DNA of 54,070 bases from contig VMFP01000007.1 in assembly GCA_007376145.1 (NCBI GenBank), positions 1 through 54,070 of the forward strand, written 5' to 3'. Source of the DNA: Parcubacteria group bacterium Gr01-1014_38. GTDB lineage: Bacteria; Patescibacteriota; Andersenbacteria; UBA10190; CAIZMI01. A program made the position numbers and the translations under genes. The notes under the pieces were generated by a model. The model was not told the origin of the DNA, searched no databases, and was given only the letters and a program-made list of their open reading frames with translations. Shown here one piece after another: positions 15,227 through 24,032 of this stretch (the stretch's first letter is position 1; each line of letters begins with the position of its first letter).

Positions 15227-17950
15227 ATGACTGAACTGCGTGCCGTGACAACATTGGATGATCGCAGTATGCTTCCGCACCGCATCTCTGCGCACGACGT
15301 TGCCACGCTCTTCCGAACTGACCTCGTCTCCGGCCTCGCAGAGGGAGAAGCTCAACGACGCGTAGGCGAGTACGGGAAAAATATCTTTGACCGTCGCGAG
15401 CACGTCTTGCTCCGGTCGCTGGTCCATCGTCTCACGGGTGGACTCACCCTCATTCTTCTTGCCGCAATCGGTATTTCCCTGGCGATCGGAGAAGTTGCTG
15501 ATGCGGCCATTATTGGGATTGTCGTCTTCTTCGATATTGCCGTCGGTTTGCTCTATGAATCTTACGCGCGGTATCGCATCGAACTGCTCCAGAAGCAGGT
15601 TCCCCGGCTGGCGGAAGTGGTTCGCGATGGTCAGCGGCAACTGCTTCCGGCAGAACAGCTCATCCCTGGAGATCTTGTCGTCCTTCGAGCGGGAGAACGA
15701 GTGCCGGCCGATATCCGGTTGTCCAAGGTGCAGGGAGTGCGCGTCGATGAAGCCGTGCTCACGGGAGAAGCCGGAGACGTGGCGAAGTTTGTGCACCCGA
15801 TTGAGACGCCCGTGGGACTCGCCGATCAACGCAACATGGTGTTTGCCGGGACGACCGTCACCTCCGGGCACGCCCAGGGGCTGGTCGTGGCGACGGGCGT
15901 GCGGAGCGTTCTTGGCTCGCTTGCGCGACGCGTGGTCGAGGCGGGCTGGCAAGCGACGCCGCTTGAGCACCAGCTCAAGCGCATCGGGCAGTTCCTCGGG
16001 ATGGGAATTCTGACGGCGGCGGCGGCCATTTTCTCTTTGGGTGTCTATCGCGGGGAGCACCCTGCGGACATGTTCCGCGCTGCGCTCACCCTCGCGGTCG
16101 CCGCGATTCCGGAAGATCTCACCTTCATTCTCACCATCGCCTTAGCGTTCGGTGCCACGCGGCTGCTCCGGCATCGAGCGGTGGTTCGGCATCTGACTGC
16201 GGCCGAAACACTCGGCGATGCGACGGTGGTCGTAACGGATAAGACCGGAACGCTCACCACCGGCGCGCTGAGCCTCCTCCGCGTTGAGGGAGTCGCGGAG
16301 AGTTGGGGGCCGACGACCTTTGGGAGCGCCGCAGAGCATTCGCTCCTCCGCCGCGCACTGATTGGAGCGGTTCTCGGTGAAGGGGCGGATAGCGGTGATT
16401 CTCCGCGCGGGTCAGCACTGGAACGGGCGCTTCGCGAGGGCGTGCGTGCCGCACACCTCGATCTTCCTGCGATTCGCCGTCTCTTCGCGCTCTTTTCCAC
16501 CCTGGCGTTTGATTCCAAGTACCGCTACCGCGCCTCGCTCTACAGCGACACGGACTCTCCAGACCCCATCCTCTTTGTCGTCGGAGCGCCAGAGGTTCTC
16601 CTTCCGAAGTGTTCGGGATTTTCGACCGGAGCGGAGTATCGCCCGCTGAGTGAGCAGGCACGGGGGGCCCTGCTGGGGCGGGTCGCCGACGCGGCATCGC
16701 GTGGCACCCGGGTTCTGGCCGTTTGCTCTCGGCACCTCGCGCGCGCCACGCGCACCGCGACGCATCACGACATCGCCCACTTGACCTTTCTTGCGCTCTT
16801 GCACTTCGAAGATCCCGTGCGGCCAGAGGCCGCGGACGCCGTTCGCGGTCTCCGGGCCGCCGGTGTCCGGGTGCTCTTGCTCACCGGCGATCACCGGGGG
16901 ACGGCCGAGGCGGTAGGTCGAGCCACCGGTGTTCTTCGGTCGGAAGGGACGGTGCTTGAAGGAGTGAACCTGGACACCCTGTCCGACCGACTGTTGGCGG
17001 ATCATCTGGTCAGCGCGGACATCGTGGCGCGGGTGGATCCGCTCCAAAAGGAGCGCATCATCACCGTCCTCCAGCAGCGGGGAGAGATTGTCGGGATGCT
17101 CGGCGATGGGATCAATGACGCCATTGCGCTGAGGCGAGCCGATCTGGGGATTGCCGTGACGAATGCGACCGACGTGGCGAAAGACGCGTCCGATCTCGTA
17201 CTCCTCGGTGGTGGCTTGTCTCCTTTGGCCGCCGCCGTGCGTGAAGGGCGTCGGATACGGGAAACCGTGCGAACCGTCCTTTTGTTTCTCTTCAGTACGA
17301 ATCTCACGGAAATCCTTGCGGTGGGTGTGACGTTGTTCCTCGGATTTCCTCTCCCGTTTCTTCCCGCGCAGCTCCTCTGGGTGAACGTGGTGTCCGATGG
17401 CACCGCCGATGTGGCGCTCGCCCTCGAACCGCCAGGCACGCGCCCGGGCGGTCCCACACCCGGGCGTCGGCGCGGGCTCTTCCAGAAACGCGACCTTGCC
17501 AGCATGCTCCTTACGGCACTCGCGATTGTCCCTCCGGTCCTCGTCACATACTTTTGGGTCTTGGAGCACACGGGAGATCTCACGCGCGCCCGGACCATGG
17601 CCTTCGCTGTCCTGGTTTCCACGCAGGTCCTTACGGCCTTTTCCTATCGTTCTTTGGAGACCTCGATGTTCCGGTTGTCGCCCGTCGGGAATCCGTGGCT
17701 TCTGCTTTCGACTGTCCTCTCTTTCGCATTGCTCGGGGCCGGAATCCACTGGGTTCCTCTAAGCACCCTCTTGGGCACCGTGCCGCTGTCCGCGTTTGAG
17801 TGGGGACTCGCGCTTGGCGTCTCCTTCCTCGGCGTGCTTGGCGTCGAAGCTCGGAAAGTGCTCATTCGGCTGTTTGGGCTGGAGGAACAACCATTCCCCG
17901 CGTGGACACCGCTCCGCGCGGCAGCGCCAAACAGCAGTCCACGACCCTAG
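15227..17950 (+). CDS. Cation-transporting P-type ATPase (type II-like, specificity unknown)
   Basis: 907-aa ORF with the DKTGTLT phosphorylation site, LLTGDH, GDGINDAIAL and the TM4 block PEDLT (in place of PEGL). Confidence 0.9.
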   Translation: MTELRAVTTLDDRSMLPHRISAHDVATLFRTDLVSGLAEGEAQRRVGEYGKNIFDRREHVLLRSLVHRLTGGLTLILLAAIGISLAIGEVADAAIIGIVVFFDIAVGLLYESYARYRIELLQKQVPRLAEVVRDGQRQLLPAEQLIPGDLVVLRAGERVPADIRLSKVQGVRVDEAVLTGEAGDVAKFVHPIETPVGLADQRNMVFAGTTVTSGHAQGLVVATGVRSVLGSLARRVVEAGWQATPLEHQLKRIGQFLGMGILTAAAAIFSLGVYRGEHPADMFRAALTLAVAAIPEDLTFILTIALAFGATRLLRHRAVVRHLTAAETLGDATVVVTDKTGTLTTGALSLLRVEGVAESWGPTTFGSAAEHSLLRRALIGAVLGEGADSGDSPRGSALERALREGVRAAHLDLPAIRRLFALFSTLAFDSKYRYRASLYSDTDSPDPILFVVGAPEVLLPKCSGFSTGAEYRPLSEQARGALLGRVADAASRGTRVLAVCSRHLARATRTATHHDIAHLTFLALLHFEDPVRPEAADAVRGLRAAGVRVLLLTGDHRGTAEAVGRATGVLRSEGTVLEGVNLDTLSDRLLADHLVSADIVARVDPLQKERIITVLQQRGEIVGMLGDGINDAIALRRADLGIAVTNATDVAKDASDLVLLGGGLSPLAAAVREGRRIRETVRTVLLFLFSTNLTEILAVGVTLFLGFPLPFLPAQLLWVNVVSDGTADVALALEPPGTRPGGPTPGRRRGLFQKRDLASMLLTALAIVPPVLVTYFWVLEHTGDLTRARTMAFAVLVSTQVLTAFSYRSLETSMFRLSPVGNPWLLLSTVLSFALLGAGIHWVPLSTLLGTVPLSAFEWGLALGVSFLGVLGVEARKVLIRLFGLEEQPFPAWTPLRAAAPNSSPRP

Positions 17951-17955
17951 CGGCG

Positions 17956-18315
17956 ATGGCACGCGAGCGGGAGACCGGCGCGGCAGGCGAACGTCTCGCC
18001 CGCCGCTTCCTGGAATCTCATGGGCTCATCTTCCGCGCGGCGAACGTTCGGTCACCGCTCGGCGAGATCGATTTGGTGATGGAAGACCCCAAGACAAAGG
18101 AACTCGTGTTTGTGGAGGTGAAAACCCGCCAAGGCACCGCCTTCGGAACACCAGAACAGTCCGTGACGGCGCGGAAACGCGCGAAACTCCGCGCGCTCGT
18201 GGCCTGGTACTGCCAGCGGGAGCGGTGGCGGGGCCAAGTCCGCGTTGACGTGGTGGGTGTCTTCAGTCGTCCCGGGCAAGCCCCGACGCTCAGCCACACG
18301 ACCTACGTGGGGTGA
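17956..18315 (+). CDS. yraN: YraN-family (UPF0102) endonuclease-like protein
   Basis: MARERETGAAGERLARRFLESHG..GEIDLVMED..LVFVEVKTR.. is the classic YraN pattern. The ATG at 17956 lies 6 nt after the ATPase stop. Confidence 0.8.
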   Translation: MARERETGAAGERLARRFLESHGLIFRAANVRSPLGEIDLVMEDPKTKELVFVEVKTRQGTAFGTPEQSVTARKRAKLRALVAWYCQRERWRGQVRVDVVGVFSRPGQAPTLSHTTYVG

Positions 18316-18323
18316 TGCGGTTC

Positions 18324-18353
18324 TTGACAGGCCACGGAGGTAGAAAATACTCT
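18324..18353 (+). promoter_or_regulatory. Sigma70-like promoter
   Basis: TTGACA (18324-18329), an 18-nt spacer, then TACTCT (18348-18353). Alternatively a 17-nt spacer and ATACTC. Confidence 0.45.
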
Positions 18354-18359
18354 GGGAGC

Positions 18360-18758
18360 ATCGTTGCTCTTTGGCATTGGCCTACCGGTGCCGCGGGTGC
18401 TGGCGCTGATGTGCCAGCCTTCACTGTGGTTTCGTAGGGGGAACTCCAGTAAGTCCGGACCGAGGAACCGGTAGGCCTGTTTGAAAGCAGGGGGCTAGGC
18501 GCGTGCGGGCGCAAGCTCCTGGGGCGTTGTGTAACGTCCCGAATCGGGAAGAGGATAGGATGAGGGTCCTGTTCTCCGAACTCTGATGCGTCCGTGTTGG
18601 CTTTGTTGGCTTTCACGGTCGCGGAAGAGGCACGCGTGCGCAGAGTGCGCACGGTGAAGCACCCTCCCGGTCTTGGCGCCGCAGGGGAGGGTACACCGCA
18701 CTTTGTATCATTCTTGTCCTTTATCCTGAGAAGGCGCACGTCCTCGTGCGCCTTTTTC
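18360..18758 (+). ncRNA. Candidate structured non-coding RNA (~400 nt), family unassigned
   Basis: The unit runs from the promoter at 18324 to the terminator at 18731-18760 and holds no credible ORF. A long-range 10-bp helix pairs GGCCTACCGG (18379-18388) with CCGGTAGGCC (18468-18477). Hairpins lie at 18399-18418, 18635-18653 and 18661-18692. Confidence 0.4.
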
Positions 18759-18760
18759 CT
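18731..18760 (+). terminator. Intrinsic terminator
   Basis: A 10-bp stem AAGGCGCACG/CGTGCGCCTT (18731-18740/18745-18754) with loop TCCT runs into TTTTT. Confidence 0.7.
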
Positions 18761-18889
18761 TCTTCAGAAGGGGTACGGGATCACCCTGAACGAGTACACG
18801 GGCTTGACAGGAGGATCGCCACTGCGTAGGATGGGAGTAGGCCGCCTGTTCTTTTTGGGCGGCGCTTTCGTACCCAAAAGAAACGATCG

Positions 18890-20161
18890 ATGCCAGACAA
18901 TAACTTCAGCCAGGCCATTGCACAGATTGCGGAGGAAAAAGGAATCCCACCCGAGAAGGTGGTGGAGACCATTGCGGCTGCCATTGCGGCTGCGTACCGC
19001 CGTGACTACGGCAAGCGCGCCCAAGATATTCGCGCGACGTTCGATCCCCAAACCGGCCGTGCGCGCATCTACAAGGTGATGACGGTCGTCGAGCCCCCAG
19101 TCGCGGAGAGCGGCGAACCGAAACTGGCCAATCCCGATGCGGGGTTCACGGTGGACGAAGCTCGGAAACACAAAAAAGACGCGGCGGTCGGCGAAGAAAT
19201 CTTTTTTGAGGTGACTCCGAGCGACCCCCGCTACGGGCGCATTGCCGCGCAGACGGCGAAGCAAGTCATCATCCAGCGGATCCGCGAAGCGGAACGGCAG
19301 TCCGTGTACGACGCGTTCAAAGGGAAAGAAGGTGCGATCGTCAACGGCACCATCCAGCGGATCGAGGGCGGAAACGTTTTTGTGGACCTTGGTCGCGCCA
19401 CGGGCATTCTGTTTCCTTCGGAACAGGTGCCGACCGAACACTACCGCTTAAACCAGCGTCTGAAAGTGTTCGTTCAGAAAGTGGAGATGACGAGCCGCGG
19501 AACCGACATTGTGCTGTCCCGTGCGCACCCCGGCATGCTCATGAAACTCTTCGAACTCGAGGTGCCGGAAATCTTCGCCGGCGTGGTGGAGATCATCGCC
19601 ATTGCCCGGGAACCCGGCGTCCGGTCGAAGATCGCGGTCGTGAGCCACCAGGACAGTGTGGACCCTGTCGGGAGCTGCATCGGGCAGCGGGGAACGCGGA
19701 TTCAGACCGTGATCTCCGAACTTTCTGGAGAGAAAATCGACGTGATTTCTTGGAATCAAGACCATGGACGGTTCATCGCGAATGCCTTGAGCCCCGCGAA
19801 AGTGGTCGCCGTGGACCTCCGCGAGGACGAGCACAAGGCCATCGTGCATGTGAAGGAGGACCAGTTGAGCTTGGCCATCGGAAAGCGGGGGCAGAATGTC
19901 CGGCTGGCGGCGAAGCTCGCCGGGTGGCGCATTGACATTGTGCGGACTGGTGAGACCGGCAAAGTCGAGGGAACGAGCGAAGCCGCCGTTCCTCCGGAAG
20001 AGACGGAAGCCCATCCCGACACTCCGGAGACTCCCGGGGCAGGGGAGCCGAGAGCCCCAGAAGCGGGGAAGCCCGAAGCCTCTGAATCTGCCGGCAGTCC
20101 TCCCCCCAGTGCGGGAGAAGGGAACGGCAAGGAGGCATTGCCCTCGGAAGCCAAGTCGTAG
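18890..20161 (+). CDS. nusA: Transcription termination/antitermination factor NusA with a Pro/Glu-rich C-terminal tail
   Basis: It has an S1 block ([28 protein letters not shown]) and KH blocks ([64 protein letters not shown]). Confidence 0.9.
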   Translation: MPDNNFSQAIAQIAEEKGIPPEKVVETIAAAIAAAYRRDYGKRAQDIRATFDPQTGRARIYKVMTVVEPPVAESGEPKLANPDAGFTVDEARKHKKDAAVGEEIFFEVTPSDPRYGRIAAQTAKQVIIQRIREAERQSVYDAFKGKEGAIVNGTIQRIEGGNVFVDLGRATGILFPSEQVPTEHYRLNQRLKVFVQKVEMTSRGTDIVLSRAHPGMLMKLFELEVPEIFAGVVEIIAIAREPGVRSKIAVVSHQDSVDPVGSCIGQRGTRIQTVISELSGEKIDVISWNQDHGRFIANALSPAKVVAVDLREDEHKAIVHVKEDQLSLAIGKRGQNVRLAAKLAGWRIDIVRTGETGKVEGTSEAAVPPEETEAHPDTPETPGAGEPRAPEAGKPEASESAGSPPPSAGEGNGKEALPSEAKS

Positions 20162-20204
20162 TACTCCAAGAGGGAATTCGTCGGCAGCGCGAAACTTTAA
20201 GTCT

Positions 20205-22289
20205 ATGTCTGTATCCCTCGAGTACTTTGCTCCGGGCGTCACGCTCCTCGCCCTGTTCTACGGCTGGGTTCTGTGGAGCCAGGTGCGTCGCCAAGGAATC
20301 GGAACGCCGGCGATGGAGAAGGTGGCCGCGGCCATCCGTGAAGGAGCACATGCCTTTTTGAAGCGCCAGTACCGGACGATCCTCGGGCTTTCCCTGGCGG
20401 TCGCGGCGGCGATCGTTGTCGCGTACGGTCTCCTCGGGGGAGGTGGCGGGTGGGTCGTGGGCGGACAGGTCGGAGGCGCGTTCGCCATCGGGGCGGTCCT
20501 CTCCGCGATCGCGGGAGTGGCGAGCATGGTCGTCGCGGTGCGCGCGAACGTGCGGACGGCGCACGCGGCAGCGTCGGGCTTAAACGCCGCGCTCACCACC
20601 GCCCTCCGCGCCGGAGCGGTCTCCGGCATTCTCATTGTTGCACTCTCCGTTCTCGGCGTGGCGGCGCTGTACCTCTTCTACCGGTTCCTCGGAGTGGATC
20701 CGTCGCGGATTCCCGCGCTGGTTGTCGGCTACGGCTTTGGGGCGAGCTTTGTGGCCTTGTTCGCCCAACTTGGGGGCGGCATCTACACGAAAGCCGCGGA
20801 CGTCGGTGCCGACCTCGTGGGGAAGCTGGAGGCGGGTATTCCGGAGGACGATCCGCGGAACCCTGCGGTCATCGCTGACCTCGTCGGCGACAACGTCGGG
20901 GATTGCGCGGGTCGTGGCGCAGACCTCTTCGAGAGCATCTCTGCCGAGAGCATCGGCGCGATGGTGCTCTCCGCGGCCCTCTTCCCGATTTTCGGAGTGA
21001 AAGGCGTCCTCTTTCCGTTGGTCCTGCACGCGCTCGGCCTCGTCGCGACCATACTCGGTCTCCAGATTGTCCGCGCGCGCGACGGGGAGCCGCCGATGCG
21101 CGCCCTCACCCGCGGCTTTTGGCTCACCACCGCCCTCGCGGTCGTCGCTCTCTTCTTCACCACCAAGCTGCTCTTGTCCGCGCAGGGCGTGGACACCCGC
21201 TGGCTGTTCGGCGCGGGACTCGTCGGGATTCTCACGGCCATCGCCTTCGTCTACATCACCGACTACTACACGGGGAAGCGGTATCGCCCAGTCCAGGCCA
21301 TCGCAAAATCCTCGCAGACGGGCCATGGGACGAACATCATCACCGGCATGGCGGTGGGGATGGAATCCACGGCGCTCCCGGTGATCGCCGTCTCGCTCGC
21401 GCTGCTGCTCTCCTTCGCGTTCGGGACGCGGGCGCTCGCTGGCGCCGAGGTGAGCACCGCGCTCGCCGGGCTCTACGGGACGGCGGTCGCCACCATGGGG
21501 ATGCTCGCCACGGTCGGCTACATCCTCGCGATGGACATGTACGGGCCGATTACCGACAACGCGGGGGGCATTGTGGAAATGAGTAACGCGCCGGAGAGCG
21601 CCCGCCGGGTGACGGATGAACTCGACGCCACGGGGAACACCACGAAGGCGATCACGAAGGGCTACGCCATCGGCTCTGCCGCCCTCGCGGCGTTCCTTCT
21701 CTTCTCCGCGTACCTCGAGGAGTCCGACATTGACGTCGTGGACCTGGCGCAGGTTCCGGTGTTCGTCGGCGCGCTCCTCGGCGCCATGGTCGTCTTCCTC
21801 TTCGCGTCGCTCGCCATCCGGGCGGTCGGTCGCGCCGCGAGCATCATTGTGGAAGAGGTGCGCCAGCAGTTCCGGTCGCGGCCGGGGATTCTGTCGGGAA
21901 CCGAACAGCCGGACTACGCGCGGGCGGTGGACATTGCCACAAAGGGCGCGCTCCGGAACATGGTGCTCCCAGGGCTCCTTGCCGTGGCGGCGCCCATTGT
22001 CGTCGGCCTGCTCCTCCGCGCGGAAGCAGTGGCCGGGTTCCTCATGGTCGGCACCATTGCCGGCGTGCTCCTTGCCGCAGTCTTAAACAACAGCGGCGCC
22101 GCCTGGGACAACGCGAAGAAGTTCATCGAGGCCGGCAACTACGGCGGGAAGAAGAGCCCGGCGCACCAAGCGGCCGTCACGGGAGACATGGTGGGCGATC
22201 CCTTCAAAGACACCGCGGGACCCTCGTTGCACGTCCTCATTAAACTCTTCTCGACGCTCACCCTGGCGCTGGCGGCGTTGTTCGTCTAG
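20205..22289 (+). CDS. hppA: Membrane-bound proton-translocating pyrophosphatase, K+-independent type
   Basis: The start [11 protein letters not shown].. is at ATG 20205, in frame within the longer track ORF. The motifs are [26 protein letters not shown] and [19 protein letters not shown] (Lys in GNTTKA indicates the K+-independent class). Confidence 0.9.
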   Translation: MSVSLEYFAPGVTLLALFYGWVLWSQVRRQGIGTPAMEKVAAAIREGAHAFLKRQYRTILGLSLAVAAAIVVAYGLLGGGGGWVVGGQVGGAFAIGAVLSAIAGVASMVVAVRANVRTAHAAASGLNAALTTALRAGAVSGILIVALSVLGVAALYLFYRFLGVDPSRIPALVVGYGFGASFVALFAQLGGGIYTKAADVGADLVGKLEAGIPEDDPRNPAVIADLVGDNVGDCAGRGADLFESISAESIGAMVLSAALFPIFGVKGVLFPLVLHALGLVATILGLQIVRARDGEPPMRALTRGFWLTTALAVVALFFTTKLLLSAQGVDTRWLFGAGLVGILTAIAFVYITDYYTGKRYRPVQAIAKSSQTGHGTNIITGMAVGMESTALPVIAVSLALLLSFAFGTRALAGAEVSTALAGLYGTAVATMGMLATVGYILAMDMYGPITDNAGGIVEMSNAPESARRVTDELDATGNTTKAITKGYAIGSAALAAFLLFSAYLEESDIDVVDLAQVPVFVGALLGAMVVFLFASLAIRAVGRAASIIVEEVRQQFRSRPGILSGTEQPDYARAVDIATKGALRNMVLPGLLAVAAPIVVGLLLRAEAVAGFLMVGTIAGVLLAAVLNNSGAAWDNAKKFIEAGNYGGKKSPAHQAAVTGDMVGDPFKDTAGPSLHVLIKLFSTLTLALAALFV

Positions 22290-22403
22290 TCGGTCACTCC
22301 TTGGGGGCTTGACAGAGGAACGGTGCGGTGGATAGGGCGCTTCGTCTATAGCGAAGGGTCGCGCAATGCGGAACAGTATGGGAAGGGAGGTGAAATACCA
22401 CCC

Positions 22404-22988
22404 ATGATTCGATTGATTACCAGCGGGCTCATCGTGTTCGGCGTGCTCGCTGCCGTTGCCGGTCTTTCGAGCGCGTTGTTCACCACGAATCCGGTGACGA
22501 TCAGCGGGAACACCTTCTCGACCGGGACTGCCGGGCTCGGAATCGCCCGGGATTGGGATGAGAAATATGAAGATAGTATTAAAGGCGAGATGTTTGATGA
22601 TCTGGTTCCCGGGGGGGATCCGGCGCATTCTGACTTCTGGTTGTGGAACCGCAGCACTGCCCCGATCGAACTCAATTTGCAGACCGAACTCCTGAAGATC
22701 ACTGCCCCCGACGATCTGAAGCAGGATCTCATGATTGCGTTCTCCTGCGATGTCGGCAATGACGGCCCCGGGGACAGAGATGGCTCTATTCCCGCGATGA
22801 GTCTCGCCGACTGGGAAAAGAAAGGCGTCATCGGAAAGCTTGGGATCCTCGGAGAGAACGGTCCCCCTGATGGCAAAGGAACGGACGAGGCACGGTGCAC
22901 GATGACCGCGAACCTCGACGAGAAGAGCAACGCCCAGGGAGAAACGGCCACGTTCGACGCGCAGTTCACCGGTGAGCAGAAGCTCTAA
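22404..22988 (+). CDS. TasA/camelysin-like secreted protein with a SipW-type signal peptide
   Basis: MIRLITSGLIVFGVLAAVAGLSSALFTTNPVTISGNTFSTGTAGL matches the SipW-cognate signal/N-terminal pattern (..F(T/S)..NTF.(A/T)GT..L). GGGAGGTGA lies upstream of the ATG at 22404. Confidence 0.65.
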   Translation: MIRLITSGLIVFGVLAAVAGLSSALFTTNPVTISGNTFSTGTAGLGIARDWDEKYEDSIKGEMFDDLVPGGDPAHSDFWLWNRSTAPIELNLQTELLKITAPDDLKQDLMIAFSCDVGNDGPGDRDGSIPAMSLADWEKKGVIGKLGILGENGPPDGKGTDEARCTMTANLDEKSNAQGETATFDAQFTGEQKL

Positions 22989-23081
22989 GACCGACGGATG
23001 GCTGGACATGAACGTGAGGACCGGGGAGATCTCGTACGGAGTCTGTTGTTCCTCCCGGTCCTCCGGACCGTGGTGCCAGCG

Positions 23082-23951
23082 ATGAGTCAACGGATTTTCT
23101 TGGGACAGCGTGTCGATAGCGTGCGCGCGATGCCGCCGAGGCTTCTCCCTCGCCGTCGGCCGGTCCGTGTTCCCCGCCGTGGCGCGCGCATCCTGCGCGG
23201 CGCGCTGCGACTGCTCGCCGCGGCGGTGATCACCACGGGAGGCACCATCGTGTTCGCGGTCACGCTGCAGGGCGCGCAGCTCTACACGGTGCTCTCCGGG
23301 AGCATGGAGCCGGCGATTTCCACGGGGTCGGTCGTCGTCGTTGCGCCTGCGCAGGGAAACCGCGCGCCGTACCAGAGCGGCGACGTCATCACCTTCCGCG
23401 CAGCGGGTGGCGGAGCGCCCGTCACCCACCGCGTGCTCGGCGTTCGCCACGATGCCGGGCGCGTGCGGTACCGCACGAAGGGCGATGCGAATCCGTCCCC
23501 CGATGCGCAGGAGGTCCTGCAGCAGAGCGTCGTGGGGAAGACCCTGGTGAGCGTTCCGTTCCTGGGGTACGTCCTCGTCGCCATGCGAACGCCGATCGGG
23601 TTTTTGTTCTTGATCCTCCTCCCGGCGACCCTCGTCATCCTCCATGAACTGAACGTGATGCGGGGAGCGTGGAAGGAACTCCGCCCGTCCCGCTTTGCGT
23701 CCGCGGGGGTTTTTGGAGCCGTCGCGCTCGCAGCGGGCGTCGCGATGACGACCAGCGGGCTGTTCTCGGACACCGTCGTGATGCGCTCGACCACGATCGC
23801 GGTGAAAGAAACACCACCCGCGCCCGCAGCACGGCGTGCAGAACCTTCCCCCAGTCAAACGCCGACGCCGACCGCGTCTCCCTGCGCCTTCGGTGACGGG
23901 GGGTGCGATCAGACGCAGACAACTCACGACGACGATCACGAGCACCGTTGA
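23082..23951 (+). CDS. sipW: Signal peptidase I, SipW/archaeal type
   Basis: Motifs are YTVLSGSMEPAISTGSVVVV, GDVITF, PVTHRV and RYRTKGDANPSPD, plus a C-terminal TM segment (IGFLFLILLPATLVILHEL). The start is uncertain (23082, or 22998 as in the track). Confidence 0.75.
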   Translation: MSQRIFLGQRVDSVRAMPPRLLPRRRPVRVPRRGARILRGALRLLAAAVITTGGTIVFAVTLQGAQLYTVLSGSMEPAISTGSVVVVAPAQGNRAPYQSGDVITFRAAGGGAPVTHRVLGVRHDAGRVRYRTKGDANPSPDAQEVLQQSVVGKTLVSVPFLGYVLVAMRTPIGFLFLILLPATLVILHELNVMRGAWKELRPSRFASAGVFGAVALAAGVAMTTSGLFSDTVVMRSTTIAVKETPPAPAARRAEPSPSQTPTPTASPCAFGDGGCDQTQTTHDDDHEHR

Positions 23952-24032
23952 CGCGGACGCGACTTCGAACCGCTCGTCCTTTGGGCTTGGAGGAACCGAG
24001 CCCCGCGCGTACGCGCCTGGTACACTGAAGGC

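Noticed and set aside
18379-18477. A cobalamin riboswitch, TPP riboswitch or SRP RNA assignment for the helix-enclosed ~100-nt element (fragments CACTGTGG, GGGGGAAC, AAGTCCGGA, CTGAT..GCCAGC).
   Set aside because: The order and spacing of these fragments do not fit the riboswitch consensus cores: there is no GGTGAAA/AGGGAA block and no CUGAGA. The fold is branched rather than the single long hairpin of 4.5S RNA. The downstream gene, nusA, is not a plausible riboswitch target.
18360-18758. A confident call of RNase P RNA (rnpB).
   Set aside because: The P4-like 5' and 3' strands are present only approximately. The near-universal ACAGAA element is absent, the candidate P4 3' strand is sequestered in a strong local hairpin, and the internal spacing is too short. 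It is kept as an unassigned ncRNA candidate pending a covariance-model scan.
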